Source: an uncultured virus (IMG/VR IMGVR_UViG_3300027747_004519)
Lineage: Duplodnaviria > Heunggongvirae > Uroviricota > Caudoviricetes
DNA: 64,000 nucleotides
IMG/VR virus record: IMGVR_UViG_3300027747_004519
Direction: 5' to 3' (one strand)
The notes under the pieces were generated by a model. That model made no database searches. It saw only the letters and a program-made list of their open reading frames with translations, and had not been told where the DNA came from. Positions 7,690 through 17,208 of this stretch are shown one piece after another. Positions within the stretch are counted from its first letter, which is position 1; each line of letters starts with the position of its first letter. A program made the translations under genes and the position numbers.

Positions 7690-9882
7690 TTAATTTGCAC
7701 AAAAACTACAATCTGGGGTGAAATCATCTTTTTGAATTGTTCGCACATAATATACCGCTTTTACTCCAAATTCCCAGGCAAGAAATAGCGTCTCAAATAT
7801 GTGCTTAGCATCAACCTTATTGAGGTTAAAAAGCAGTTCCATAGAGATTCCAGCGTCGATATATTGCTGAATATATGCCACGGTTTTTACTATTACCTTT
7901 TGGTCTAATTGTGAATTTTCTTCATAATACCAAAGCGCTTGGTCATAAAATGGCGGTGCAATTGGCGCTGAACCTTTGGCTTTATCGTAGAAAAACTTGC
8001 TATACACTGGCAAAATTGAAGCTGTACATCCTTGAATTAAACTACTACTAGTATTGGGAGCTATTGCCAAAAGCTGGCTGTTTCTAATGCCAAACAATTT
8101 AAGCTCCTCAAATAGTCTTTCCCATTTAGCTTTTTCCTCTAGGGAATTAGTTTGATTTTTATGCCAATTGAGTGTTCTGCTATTAATAAGTCCTTTGCTC
8201 CAGAGTGAGCCTTTATAAGCAGGATATGCTCCTCTGAGCTTAGCTAGTTTAACGGAAGCTTTAGTGGCACTATACAAAATTGACCTAAACAAATCTTGTA
8301 TTTCCTGTTGGTTATCCTTGTAAGAGTAGCGACGTATTGCTAACCAATCAGCCAGTCCCATGGCACCTAAGCCTAATACTCTGTATTTGCTGTGATGAGC
8401 TTGAGCTATATCTATTGGGGGATTGCCAAGCTCTAGGCTATTGTCTAGAAGCTCTACGCAAATGCCAGTAATTCTCTCCAATTCACTATCAGCTATATTG
8501 GCAAGATTGAGACTGATTAAATCGCAACAATGCGCCTCAGTTGCAGAGACGTTGCTAAAGCTTTCTGTGCAAAGATTGACACAGGGAATTAGCCCAGCGT
8601 GTTGATTAGGATTTGCTTGGTTTATTGTGTCTTTGAAAGCCAAGTAGGGCAATCCAGTTTCTATCTGGGTGCGCATAATTTGCTTGAACAAATCTTTGGC
8701 ATTTACTTTCTTGTAGAGTGTGATTTTTCCATCCGCAATTGCCTTTTCTACCAAGGTGTAAGCTGAGGTGAAATCATCACCCCAAATCTGTGGCAAATCT
8801 AGATTAAGCTTTTGCTTGACCTCAAAAGGATCTACTAAGTACCAATTTGCATTAAAGCGCACCCGGTTCATGAACGCATCGGGTATTACTAGCTGAGGGA
8901 AAATATCAAAAGCCTTGAGCCTTTGGTCTCCGTGCTCGGATTGCATCTCTAGAAAAGCTGGCACATCTAGGTGCCAAATATCTAAAGCTACCGTAACCGC
9001 GCCTGCTCTTTTACCACCTTGGTTGACTGCCTGGGCAATATCGTTAAGAATTTTTACCCAAGGTACAACCCCACCAGAGCTGTTAGCTCTGCCAGCAACT
9101 GTAGCGCCGGTGGCTCTGATTTTGCTTAATCTGATTCCTATCCCACCGCCACGCTTGGATATGGATGCAGCCTGCGCCCAAGTTTGGCTAATATGCTCTA
9201 AATTATCCTCAGTATCCAAAATAAAGCAGCTAGTTACTGATGGGTTTGGCAGTCTCAAATTAGCCAACATTGGAGTAGCTAAAGAGATTTTTCTTAGAGC
9301 GATTAGCTGGTAAACTTCCTTAGCAAAAGCTAACTTGTCTCCCTCATGTTTAGCTGCTAGTAAAAGAGCGCTGACTAAAAAACATTCTTGGGGTAATTCG
9401 TCTTTTATTAAGTAGCGAGTAGTTAGCAGTTTTGCTCCGGCATAATCGTAATCTTTGTCCAAATCCGGGTCTATCCAATTGGTGGAAAGTTCAATTTCTT
9501 CTAAGGTGTAAACCTGTAAAAGCTCTTGATTGTAAATACCCTTGGCAAGCTTGGAGCGTATGGCTTTAGCGCTGGTATTGTAGACGTCGCCTTGGTCATA
9601 AAACCTATTGGCTCTAATGGTTTTCCACAAATCCCAAATTAGCAATCTGCCGGCAACATAGCGCCATTTAGCTTCTTGTGGAGTAGTCAGCTCTAGCGCG
9701 TGTGCTATTAAATCCCCCTGGATTTTAATAGTAGTGATTTGATTTTCTTGCTTGGCACTAAAAAGAGATTCAAGCTCTAGTGGATTGGTCAAACCATCGC
9801 AAGCCCACTCCACTACTTGTCTGATTTTGGTGATGTCGAATTGCGTGATTGTTCCGTTACGATGAAGTACTGTTTTAGTCAT
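7690..9882 (-). CDS. nrdA: Ribonucleotide reductase class Ia alpha subunit with ATP cone (likely start MTKTVL at 9882)
   Basis: SLATPMLAN, TSCF, GGGIG, NQGGKRAGA, NLCTE, AIAPNTSSS, C-terminal CSFCAN. Confidence 0.95.
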   Translation of the reverse strand: MTKTVLHRNGTITQFDITKIRQVVEWACDGLTNPLELESLFSAKQENQITTIKIQGDLIAHALELTTPQEAKWRYVAGRLLIWDLWKTIRANRFYDQGDVYNTSAKAIRSKLAKGIYNQELLQVYTLEEIELSTNWIDPDLDKDYDYAGAKLLTTRYLIKDELPQECFLVSALLLAAKHEGDKLAFAKEVYQLIALRKISLATPMLANLRLPNPSVTSCFILDTEDNLEHISQTWAQAASISKRGGGIGIRLSKIRATGATVAGRANSSGGVVPWVKILNDIAQAVNQGGKRAGAVTVALDIWHLDVPAFLEMQSEHGDQRLKAFDIFPQLVIPDAFMNRVRFNANWYLVDPFEVKQKLNLDLPQIWGDDFTSAYTLVEKAIADGKITLYKKVNAKDLFKQIMRTQIETGLPYLAFKDTINQANPNQHAGLIPCVNLCTESFSNVSATEAHCCDLISLNLANIADSELERITGICVELLDNSLELGNPPIDIAQAHHSKYRVLGLGAMGLADWLAIRRYSYKDNQQEIQDLFRSILYSATKASVKLAKLRGAYPAYKGSLWSKGLINSRTLNWHKNQTNSLEEKAKWERLFEELKLFGIRNSQLLAIAPNTSSSLIQGCTASILPVYSKFFYDKAKGSAPIAPPFYDQALWYYEENSQLDQKVIVKTVAYIQQYIDAGISMELLFNLNKVDAKHIFETLFLAWEFGVKAVYYVRTIQKDDFTPDCSFCAN

Positions 9883-10678
9883 ATTGCTGTCTAAAAAGAT
9901 AAGTATATTTATCAAGCCTTGAATCGGCATATTTGGTATGTACCAGAAAATCAGAAAACCTTAGTATTCTGATTACATAATCAATTGCTTGAGGCTCAAT
10001 ATCAAGCTGATAAAAGCTAATAATTGCAGTAGCATCAATTGCTTCAAATTGCTGGGCATGATCAACAATATTTTTAGGTGATAACAAGCTATTGTATCTT
10101 GCCTGCTCATTTAGCTTTTCGCCTGTATATTTCAAATATTTACGATAAAACCCGGTGGATTTTAATTCCTTAAATATTTGCTCATCGGGCCAGTTGATTT
10201 GCTTGAGATATTGGTCAATCATTTCTAGCACTCTTTGCTTATCCCATGGGTCTACCAAGGGTACAGGTTCTTCGCCTTTTTCTAGGGTTTCGTAATATTC
10301 ATTGTTGTTTGGCACAAGATGATTTAGTATTTTTTGAGCAGTGATATATGATTTGTTTTGCACAAAATCACAGACTATCTGCTGCCAATTTTTGGGCAAA
10401 TCCTCCAGCAATTCGTTGCAATCCCAAGGATTGTTATCCATGGGTTTCTCTTTAACGGGCAGAGCTTTTCTGGTAATAACTGTATAGAGGTATCTTTGGG
10501 CAATCTTGGGGTCTTGAGCGCCATATAACTTGTTAAGCCTTTGAGCTTCTTTGATTTGGCTAGGAGCTGCTTTTTTGAGCAGCAATTCATAATTAATTTG
10601 ACTTTTTGGAACTCTAGGTTTTTTGGTTTTTTTAGGAGCAACTGATTCAAATATCAAACTCTGTTGTACTGCAAACAT
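9875..10678 (-). CDS. Hypothetical protein (likely start MFAVQQ)
   Basis: Long ORF; shares an LxKxYG..P.I..RYL motif with the upstream gene. Confidence 0.7.
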   Translation of the reverse strand: MFAVQQSLIFESVAPKKTKKPRVPKSQINYELLLKKAAPSQIKEAQRLNKLYGAQDPKIAQRYLYTVITRKALPVKEKPMDNNPWDCNELLEDLPKNWQQIVCDFVQNKSYITAQKILNHLVPNNNEYYETLEKGEEPVPLVDPWDKQRVLEMIDQYLKQINWPDEQIFKELKSTGFYRKYLKYTGEKLNEQARYNSLLSPKNIVDHAQQFEAIDATAIISFYQLDIEPQAIDYVIRILRFSDFLVHTKYADSRLDKYTYLFRQQYD

Positions 10679-10680
10679 AT

Positions 10681-11604
10681 TTAATCTAGTTTCAATGGTA
10701 ATTTTTTTGTGTAATTTCTTCGCACATATTGCTCGCAATTAAAGCAAAAAATGTTTAATTTGCCGCGAGATGCAGTTTCGAATCCTGAGCATTTTGGACA
10801 TTGCGCTTTAATATTAAATTTGAGTTTGCTGGGATCCTTGTGGCTATACATATTGCAATTTTTGCAGTACATGTAATCTTTGCCGTGTGATTTGGTATTG
10901 TGGCTAAAACACTTTGAGCATTGTAGGGCAGTTGAAGATTTAATTTTGCTGGGATCCTTGTGGCTATACTTATTGCAATCCCTGCAATGGATTTGATCTT
11001 TATTTATAAGTCTGGTATTGTGACTAGTGCATTTTGGACATTGTATTTTAGGTTTAATCCGGCTGGGGTTCCTTTGACTATGAGTATTGCAATCTTTGCA
11101 ATAGATTTGTATTCGACCGTCAAATCGGGTATTGTGACTATTGCATTTTGGACATTGCAGTGTGGTTTTAGATTTATGTTTGCTGGGATCCTTGTAATTG
11201 TACTTATTACAATCTTTGCAATATATGGAATTTTTGCCGTTTGATTTAGTATTGTGATTGGAGCATTTTGGGCATTGTATTGCAGGTTTTACTGCATGCT
11301 TTGGCTTTTCTTCCGTAATATATTTTTTGCAATCATGACAGTACATCCTAGGGTTTCCCGCGGTTGTCTCAGTATGCTTACGTGTGTGGGTACTTTGGCA
11401 ATCTGGGCAAGGTTTGCCAGGGGTAAAAGTAGGCAAACCAAGATTGCTAAGTTTTGCTGGAGGGGTAGACATCACTTGCAGATATCTCTCTCCAATGCCT
11501 GGCGCTTCATGCCCGTAGGTTTTCTCAAGATAAGCCACCATTTGAGCTATGGTTGGCTCTAGTAATAAATGTGTTTTTACGCTGCTGCGCTGTTTGGCAA
11601 CCAT
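10681..11604 (-). CDS. Protein with six InsA-like zinc-ribbon repeats
   Basis: Six CxxC..N/HT...CxxC units at about 40-aa period. Confidence 0.85.
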   Translation of the reverse strand: MVAKQRSSVKTHLLLEPTIAQMVAYLEKTYGHEAPGIGERYLQVMSTPPAKLSNLGLPTFTPGKPCPDCQSTHTRKHTETTAGNPRMYCHDCKKYITEEKPKHAVKPAIQCPKCSNHNTKSNGKNSIYCKDCNKYNYKDPSKHKSKTTLQCPKCNSHNTRFDGRIQIYCKDCNTHSQRNPSRIKPKIQCPKCTSHNTRLINKDQIHCRDCNKYSHKDPSKIKSSTALQCSKCFSHNTKSHGKDYMYCKNCNMYSHKDPSKLKFNIKAQCPKCSGFETASRGKLNIFCFNCEQYVRRNYTKKLPLKLD

Positions 11605-14600
11605 GACCGCACCTCCAATATTTCTACAAATTGACTAATAGCTTTGCCATTTACTGGCAAGATTTCAACTGCGTTTTTCCCCCTGAGACTGGGAATTTCG
11701 CAATCAGCACCGGCAACTCCAACTAACCAGTAGGTACGACCGCGATAAATCACCAATTGCCCCGACTCCCAATCAAGCCAGGGGGGTCTTGGGATAATCG
11801 GTCTAAATTCTTTAATTGCGGATATCTCACCTAGGTCTAGTGCTAGTATTCGATCTTGCACTTCTTTAGCGCTGTGATGCCACGCTAGGTTAAACTCAGC
11901 TTTATTGTCTTTGTACTTAGTTAGTAATTCACCATAACGACCGCTAGATCGGATAGCCTCGAGCTCATCAATAATTTCTCCTACCAAGTCGTCATCAATT
12001 TCATGCTCAATGGCTTGAGCATTTGAAGGCTCGGGTTTGGGTATTTCCGGCAAAGTAATATCCGGCTCAGGATTGACTATCTCTGGCAGGCTATCTATTG
12101 GTTCTACGGGTTTAGGCATTTTTGGCTCAGCGTTGATATTTTGTTCATAACGAGTGCTAAAAGGTATCTCCAGATTTTCGGCAGGATCATCCTGCTCAAA
12201 GGGTTCTGGAGAAATATCAAATTTATCTAGCCTGATTTCAATACATCTAGTATTTTTGGATTGATAGAGCTTCTGATTACTATCAGGGTTAAGGTTGTTT
12301 ACCTCCCAAGCCTGAAACTCCCTTTGGCTAGTGGCTAGCAGTTGCCAGCCATCGTTGCGACCGTTATTCTGCTCGTTGTCTGCCTTGATTTGCTGAACGT
12401 CGTATTGCACCTGATAAATACGCTCAAAAATGGGCCAGACCGATTGGAGCTTGATTGCTGCTATCCTCTGCCCATTTTGTTTTTGAATCTCACGGTAATT
12501 CCACGGGCCAATTAATGAACGAGATTCCAAGTCCCTCAGTTTCTCCACAAAATCTTGCAGTGAAGATTTGCCGCTATCTTGGTCGTTTGCCACGCGACAC
12601 AATACAGTACTAACATAGTTCATAATTTGCTCTTCAGATAGCCCAGCATAAGGAGCTAATTTGAGAGCGTAAAAAGTCAAGATAGAAAGGTTTGGACTAA
12701 TCCTTCTGTGAGCCTGTGGTAGAAACTTGTCAATTCTTTGTCGTATGGTTTCGACCTGAGTATTGTCGTAACCAAATTTAAGCAGCAGTTGAAACGCGCC
12801 ACTGGCTTGGTCTAGCAGATCCATGGTGAGATCGTCAAAATCACTTTGATCTTTACCAATCTCGGCATCTCTAAAAAAAGGAATCCTGTTGAAGCGCGTC
12901 ATTATCGCCGCACCATCACGTCCAATGGCGTGGTTACTGGTAACAATGATCGAGCTCAAAGGCTTTTGATAGTTGCCCCTTTTGACCCTTGCCTCACCGT
13001 CGTAGATCTTTTTAGTAGTCTCGTCAAATGCTGGATCTTTTTTGGGATCTTCAATTGTGTAGGAGAGACCGCCCAAGTATTTCAGGTTTTCAAATAGGGC
13101 GCTATCGCTGCAATCCCCAGCAGACCCGGTTTTGTGCAATCCGAGTAAAGCTCTGGCAACTTTGGAGGCTGTGGATTTACCGCCACCGCTATCGCCAATT
13201 GCGTTAGTCATGGGCACATGCCCGCGCGCGCGATGGATTTTCTGGTAATGCAAACCCATCACCTGAGAGGCTACTAGAAACAGAGCTGGGTAAACGTTCT
13301 GCTCCCTTAGTGCTCTACGCATTGCCCTAAGCACCTTGCCCAAAATATCAGGATTTGGTGGCAGGATTTTAGGGTTAGGAATCTCATCTCCTTCTCCGTA
13401 GGTTTTGTTAAAAATTACGCCTGAACGCTCAGAGCTACAGACTTCACCTTCTGGAGTAAATTGAATATCTTCAAATACCCAGTAACCCTCTTTGCCATCT
13501 GAGCTTCTGGGCTGTTGACCCCGGCAAGCTGAAAGGATATGGCGCTTACCTCCATTTTTTATATAGTCCTCCTTCTTGGCTGCAATCAATTCACTTAGCT
13601 GATCCAGCTTGAGGTTATTCATCAGGGTTGAACCGTAGCCTGAAGAAAAAGCCCTGGTCAAATCAGCCAATCGGTGCATTGAGGTATCTCTAATCAGCAC
13701 CCTTGCTTTTTTTGGATTTTCCACCTCTTGGATTTCTACCAGTAGTCCGGGGTTTTGGGAGTATTCGTCATCCAAAATATCAACTACATCAAAAGTAAAA
13801 TTGGTATAAGGCTTGAACTTCTGGACTAAAATCTTCTTGATTTTGTTTTTGGCGTCAAGCTCTGGAGTTCTCGATCCGTCTGATTCGAGGGTGTATTTAG
13901 GCTCTAATTTATCTTCAATTCTGCCAATTCGTCCGTCGACTACCACAAAACCGTGAGGCTCAATTGGAAAGGTTTCCTCTCTGATTTCTCCTGAGACTGT
14001 GGCTACTTGCACAGTGGCTACCTTGTGAGCTGGAGCCATCTGCTTGCGAGTCCACGCGCTCAGCACATTATCCCAAGCCTCACTATCTAAGCAAGAATTA
14101 GGATCTCCTTTTTCGGCAGAGCGCCAAATAGTTTTGAGCTCCATTTGAGGTAATGGAGGGTTACACCTCAAACTGGCAATATGAAATAATTCTCTAGCGC
14201 TCTCGGTATAATCGACCCCTTGGCTTTGAGCTCGGTTTTCTGCTCCAATCAAATCTCTGGCAAGAGCAGCTAAACCATTGTTGCGTCCACCTTCCCCAAC
14301 CCCGCTATTGATAATTTCTTGGTGCTTTTTGGAAATCAGCTTAGATAGAGGGATTGCCCCTACTGCGTAAACTTGAGAAGCTAGGCTAGGTTTGCTCACT
14401 GGATCAGTTGGAGCGCTGTTAAAACTTAATAAAAAATCTATTATCCACTGGGGGCAATCAGCAATAGATGCTTCACTAGGTGAGCATCCATCAACCCATC
14501 GATATCTACCTGTGTGGGGATGCTTGCCAGCGATAACCGATTGCATTCCCTTTAAACGAAATTCTAATAATTCTTCTGGTGCGCAAGAAATTTGTTTAGA

Positions 14601-14954
14601 AGATATTTTTATTTCTTCGGGGTATTTATAAAGCAGTTGCCTGCGATGAGGCTTACCACTACTAAAAGAAACTGTATGTGCTAATGGCTCATTTAGACCG
14701 GATATCTCGCAAGCTTTAGCAAAAGCGCTTTCACCGTCCAAATCAATAGCAATCAGACCAGTTCCTAAGACTACTCCAATTGCCTCAACTTTTCTGTAAG
14801 TTTTAAATCCGTTGCTCTGATAAAGCTCAATAAATCTCTCTAGCGTATAGCCAGAATTCTGCCATCCTCCTTCACAAGGTGTTTTATTGCCCTGTACGGG
14901 GATAAACCTTGAGCCAAGGTTGAGTAATTCTAGCTGCGATCCCTCTAAAAACAT
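11577..14954 (-). CDS. Bifunctional primase-polymerase (Prim-Pol/PriCT) fused to a helicase-like P-loop domain
   Basis: IAIDLDG, GKHPHTG, GEGGRNN (PriCT), GDSGGGKST Walker A. Confidence 0.85.
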   Translation of the reverse strand: MFLEGSQLELLNLGSRFIPVQGNKTPCEGGWQNSGYTLERFIELYQSNGFKTYRKVEAIGVVLGTGLIAIDLDGESAFAKACEISGLNEPLAHTVSFSSGKPHRRQLLYKYPEEIKISSKQISCAPEELLEFRLKGMQSVIAGKHPHTGRYRWVDGCSPSEASIADCPQWIIDFLLSFNSAPTDPVSKPSLASQVYAVGAIPLSKLISKKHQEIINSGVGEGGRNNGLAALARDLIGAENRAQSQGVDYTESARELFHIASLRCNPPLPQMELKTIWRSAEKGDPNSCLDSEAWDNVLSAWTRKQMAPAHKVATVQVATVSGEIREETFPIEPHGFVVVDGRIGRIEDKLEPKYTLESDGSRTPELDAKNKIKKILVQKFKPYTNFTFDVVDILDDEYSQNPGLLVEIQEVENPKKARVLIRDTSMHRLADLTRAFSSGYGSTLMNNLKLDQLSELIAAKKEDYIKNGGKRHILSACRGQQPRSSDGKEGYWVFEDIQFTPEGEVCSSERSGVIFNKTYGEGDEIPNPKILPPNPDILGKVLRAMRRALREQNVYPALFLVASQVMGLHYQKIHRARGHVPMTNAIGDSGGGKSTASKVARALLGLHKTGSAGDCSDSALFENLKYLGGLSYTIEDPKKDPAFDETTKKIYDGEARVKRGNYQKPLSSIIVTSNHAIGRDGAAIMTRFNRIPFFRDAEIGKDQSDFDDLTMDLLDQASGAFQLLLKFGYDNTQVETIRQRIDKFLPQAHRRISPNLSILTFYALKLAPYAGLSEEQIMNYVSTVLCRVANDQDSGKSSLQDFVEKLRDLESRSLIGPWNYREIQKQNGQRIAAIKLQSVWPIFERIYQVQYDVQQIKADNEQNNGRNDGWQLLATSQREFQAWEVNNLNPDSNQKLYQSKNTRCIEIRLDKFDISPEPFEQDDPAENLEIPFSTRYEQNINAEPKMPKPVEPIDSLPEIVNPEPDITLPEIPKPEPSNAQAIEHEIDDDLVGEIIDELEAIRSSGRYGELLTKYKDNKAEFNLAWHHSAKEVQDRILALDLGEISAIKEFRPIIPRPPWLDWESGQLVIYRGRTYWLVGVAGADCEIPSLRGKNAVEILPVNGKAISQFVEILEVRSWLPNSAAA

Positions 14955-15058
14955 GTTTAAAAATAATTAGGCTTTACAGAAATAATTCACTGTAGTAAAA
15001 ATCTTACTCTATTACAGAGCAAAAAAAAAGGCCCACCTTGGGAGATGGGCAAAAAACA

Positions 15059-15391
15059 TTAAACCCGCTCTGCATCATATTGAGCCTGAGCTTTTTCTAG
15101 AGACATGCCTCTAAGCGCATACTCAAGCAGATAAGGTTTGACTTGAAGAGCTTGGGCAAACTCAACAAAAATTTCTCTAGCCTTGGCAAATTCAAAGCCA
15201 CGGGGGAAAACGTAACGTTTAATTAACACTGGCTCATCATTGTTGAAAAAGAGGCAATACTGCTTTTCAAATATCCCGAGGTGCACTTCAGTAGTGGAAT
15301 TTAATCTGACTCCACAAATAAAACTAGGGGTAAAAGCTTTAACATGAACAACTGTATTAGACGCGGGTTTGACTTTTAGTAAAGTAGGCAT
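15059..15391 (-). CDS. Hypothetical protein
   Basis: ORF divergent from the HTH gene; terminator-like hairpin at about 15020-15056. Confidence 0.65.
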   Translation of the reverse strand: MPTLLKVKPASNTVVHVKAFTPSFICGVRLNSTTEVHLGIFEKQYCLFFNNDEPVLIKRYVFPRGFEFAKAREIFVEFAQALQVKPYLLEYALRGMSLEKAQAQYDAERV

Positions 15392-15480
15392 GGTAGTATT
15401 GAATGTAGGTTACTGTAATAAATATACAAGAGCTTGCATAATAAATGCAATAGTTTAAACAAATATTGTTACAAAAGTTA

Positions 15481-15684
15481 ATGAAAAGGATACATACCAA
15501 AATTAGGGTATTGCTAGCGCAACGAGATCTTACCCAAGAGGAATTAGCTAAAAACTCTGGCGTGGCATATGGAACTATTAACCGTCTCTCTCAAAACAAA
15601 ATTAAAGGAGTGACTTTTGAAGTCCTAGAAAAACTTTGTGCTTACCTAGAATGTGACATAACAGATATTCTTGAACTAAAGTAA
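15481..15684 (+). CDS. XRE/Cro-family HTH transcriptional regulator
   Basis: LTQEELAKNSGVAYGTINRL..LEKLCAYLECDITDIL. Confidence 0.9.
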   Translation: MKRIHTKIRVLLAQRDLTQEELAKNSGVAYGTINRLSQNKIKGVTFEVLEKLCAYLECDITDILELK

Positions 15685-15707
15685 TTATACTCCAATCACA
15701 ATATTAA

Positions 15708-15735
15708 TCCCGGGGGCTACCACCTCGGTTTTTTT
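15708..15735 (+). terminator. Intrinsic terminator
   Basis: CCGGGGG/CCTCGG hairpin plus T7. Confidence 0.7.
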
Positions 15736-15751
15736 GTGTCTATCCAATTGG

Positions 15752-16062
15752 TCTTCACAGCATCTTCACAGTCTTCACGCGTCTTCACCTCGATTTGTGA
15801 AGATGGAAAACTCGCTCTAGGCAAGGCTTTTAATTCTCTTTTACTTTACTCTTCACTATCTTCACAAGAAAATATATATATATAAGAATAAAAAAGGAAA
15901 TCAGAAAAATACATAAAGCCCCTACGTGTAAGAGTATTTTTATTTTTCTGTGAAGAGCGTGAAGATGACTTTAAAAAGTCCTAAAAAGCTTACCTTGTAT
16001 GGATTGCAGCTCTTCACAGAACGAAGTGAAGACGCGTGAAGACTGTGAAGACGTTGTGAAGA
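15752..16062. repeat. Putative replication origin: 14 TCTTCAC/GTGAAGA heptamers mirrored around an AT-rich core
   Basis: Order 4F,1R,2F | AT-rich | 2R,1F,4R; close to the primase-helicase gene. Confidence 0.8.
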
Positions 16063-16213
16063 TAACCCCAGCTAATACACAAATTAATTGATCCATACGT
16101 TCGCTAGTATGTACACATTGGTCTAGAATAAAATTGGACTGTGAGGCGATTTGCTTTACTTCCAAACAAAAATAATTAAAATTGTAATTACGGCAACAAA
16201 TAGGAGAATAATC

Positions 16214-16582
16214 ATGCTCAATCAAATTGAGGTCAAAAACTTTAGCCAGCTAGTGGGTTTTTTTCGAGACAACGGTGGGCATCCCAATTCAGCAGTTATT
16301 TTGGGCAGTCAGCTTAATCACTGCACTTACTTTTCTGGCAAGCAGATAGCAGATGCTTCACGCCAAAGCGCCAATCTAATCTCGATGCTCAAGAAAGCCA
16401 AGCTTACCGAGATTAAGACTACCCAGTTGGATAAAATCCTAACTGCGCTTCCTTGGGAAATGAGGATCGCTTTTTTTGGAGAGTGGTTATCCCAACTGGA
16501 CAAATTTGATCAAGTAGTAAAAAAAGACCCTAGCTTACTAGAGTCCTTTTTAGGTTCGCAACCACCAGAAATTGGCGGTTAG
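16214..16582 (+). CDS. Hypothetical protein
   Basis: AGGAG ribosome-binding site before ATG 16214. Confidence 0.7.
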   Translation: MLNQIEVKNFSQLVGFFRDNGGHPNSAVILGSQLNHCTYFSGKQIADASRQSANLISMLKKAKLTEIKTTQLDKILTALPWEMRIAFFGEWLSQLDKFDQVVKKDPSLLESFLGSQPPEIGG

Positions 16583-16881
16583 CATGCTTTATTTAGCAAA
16601 GCTTGCCTGAACTCCAATAGCTCTAGTGTTGCCTCCAGATTCCTATTGCACAGGAGAGCAGCAGAGCGAAACGCGTCGCCACCCCAAATATCGATTTCCC
16701 TATCAATTGCTACTAGAGTTGCAAAATCTTCGTGAGCATCAATTGTCACTGGGAACGTATGCTCTATGATTTGATATTCTTGCTTAGGTCGCTCTATTGC
16801 TGTGAGCATTTCTTCCTCTTGAGTTACTTCAACCCAGATAGTTGCACCTGTGATCACGTGTTCTAATTTGATTGCAAACAT
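16579..16881 (-). CDS. ArdA-like antirestriction protein (short form)
   Basis: Acidic; W..EE..I..EYQIIEHTFPVTIDAHEDF resembles the ArdA segment EYAIHDYELPFEIDEY; own TTGACA-17-CAAAAT promoter. Confidence 0.45.
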   Translation of the reverse strand: MFAIKLEHVITGATIWVEVTQEEEMLTAIERPKQEYQIIEHTFPVTIDAHEDFATLVAIDREIDIWGGDAFRSAALLCNRNLEATLELLEFRQALLNKAC

Positions 16882-17095
16882 TTCCCTAAATTTTCCCTAA
16901 ACTAAATTAAATAGATTGATATTTTGAGTAGTAGACAAAATTGTGTCAATACCAAAATAAGCTTTCCAGCTAGGTTTCAACGGATTAGGGAAGGTTGAAG
17001 ATGTTTTGTTGATGAATTGTGAGTAAATTAAGACAAATGCCTCAAAGCCTTACACACCAATACCCTTAAAACCATCTTCCCTAAACCTTCCCTAA
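16882..17095. other. Putative attP with integrase arm-type sites
   Basis: TTCCCTAA pairs at 16882/16893 and 17077/17088 (11-bp spacing) and an inverted copy at 16985, just downstream of the integrase. Confidence 0.7.
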
Positions 17096-17208
17096 CTCTA
17101 TTTTTTCAAAAATCAATCAACTTGCTGTGGAATCAATCAAAAAATCAATAAGTTTACTCGTGTTATAGTAAATTTGTTTGGTTGTTTTGATTGATGTTGG
17201 GGCTGGTA

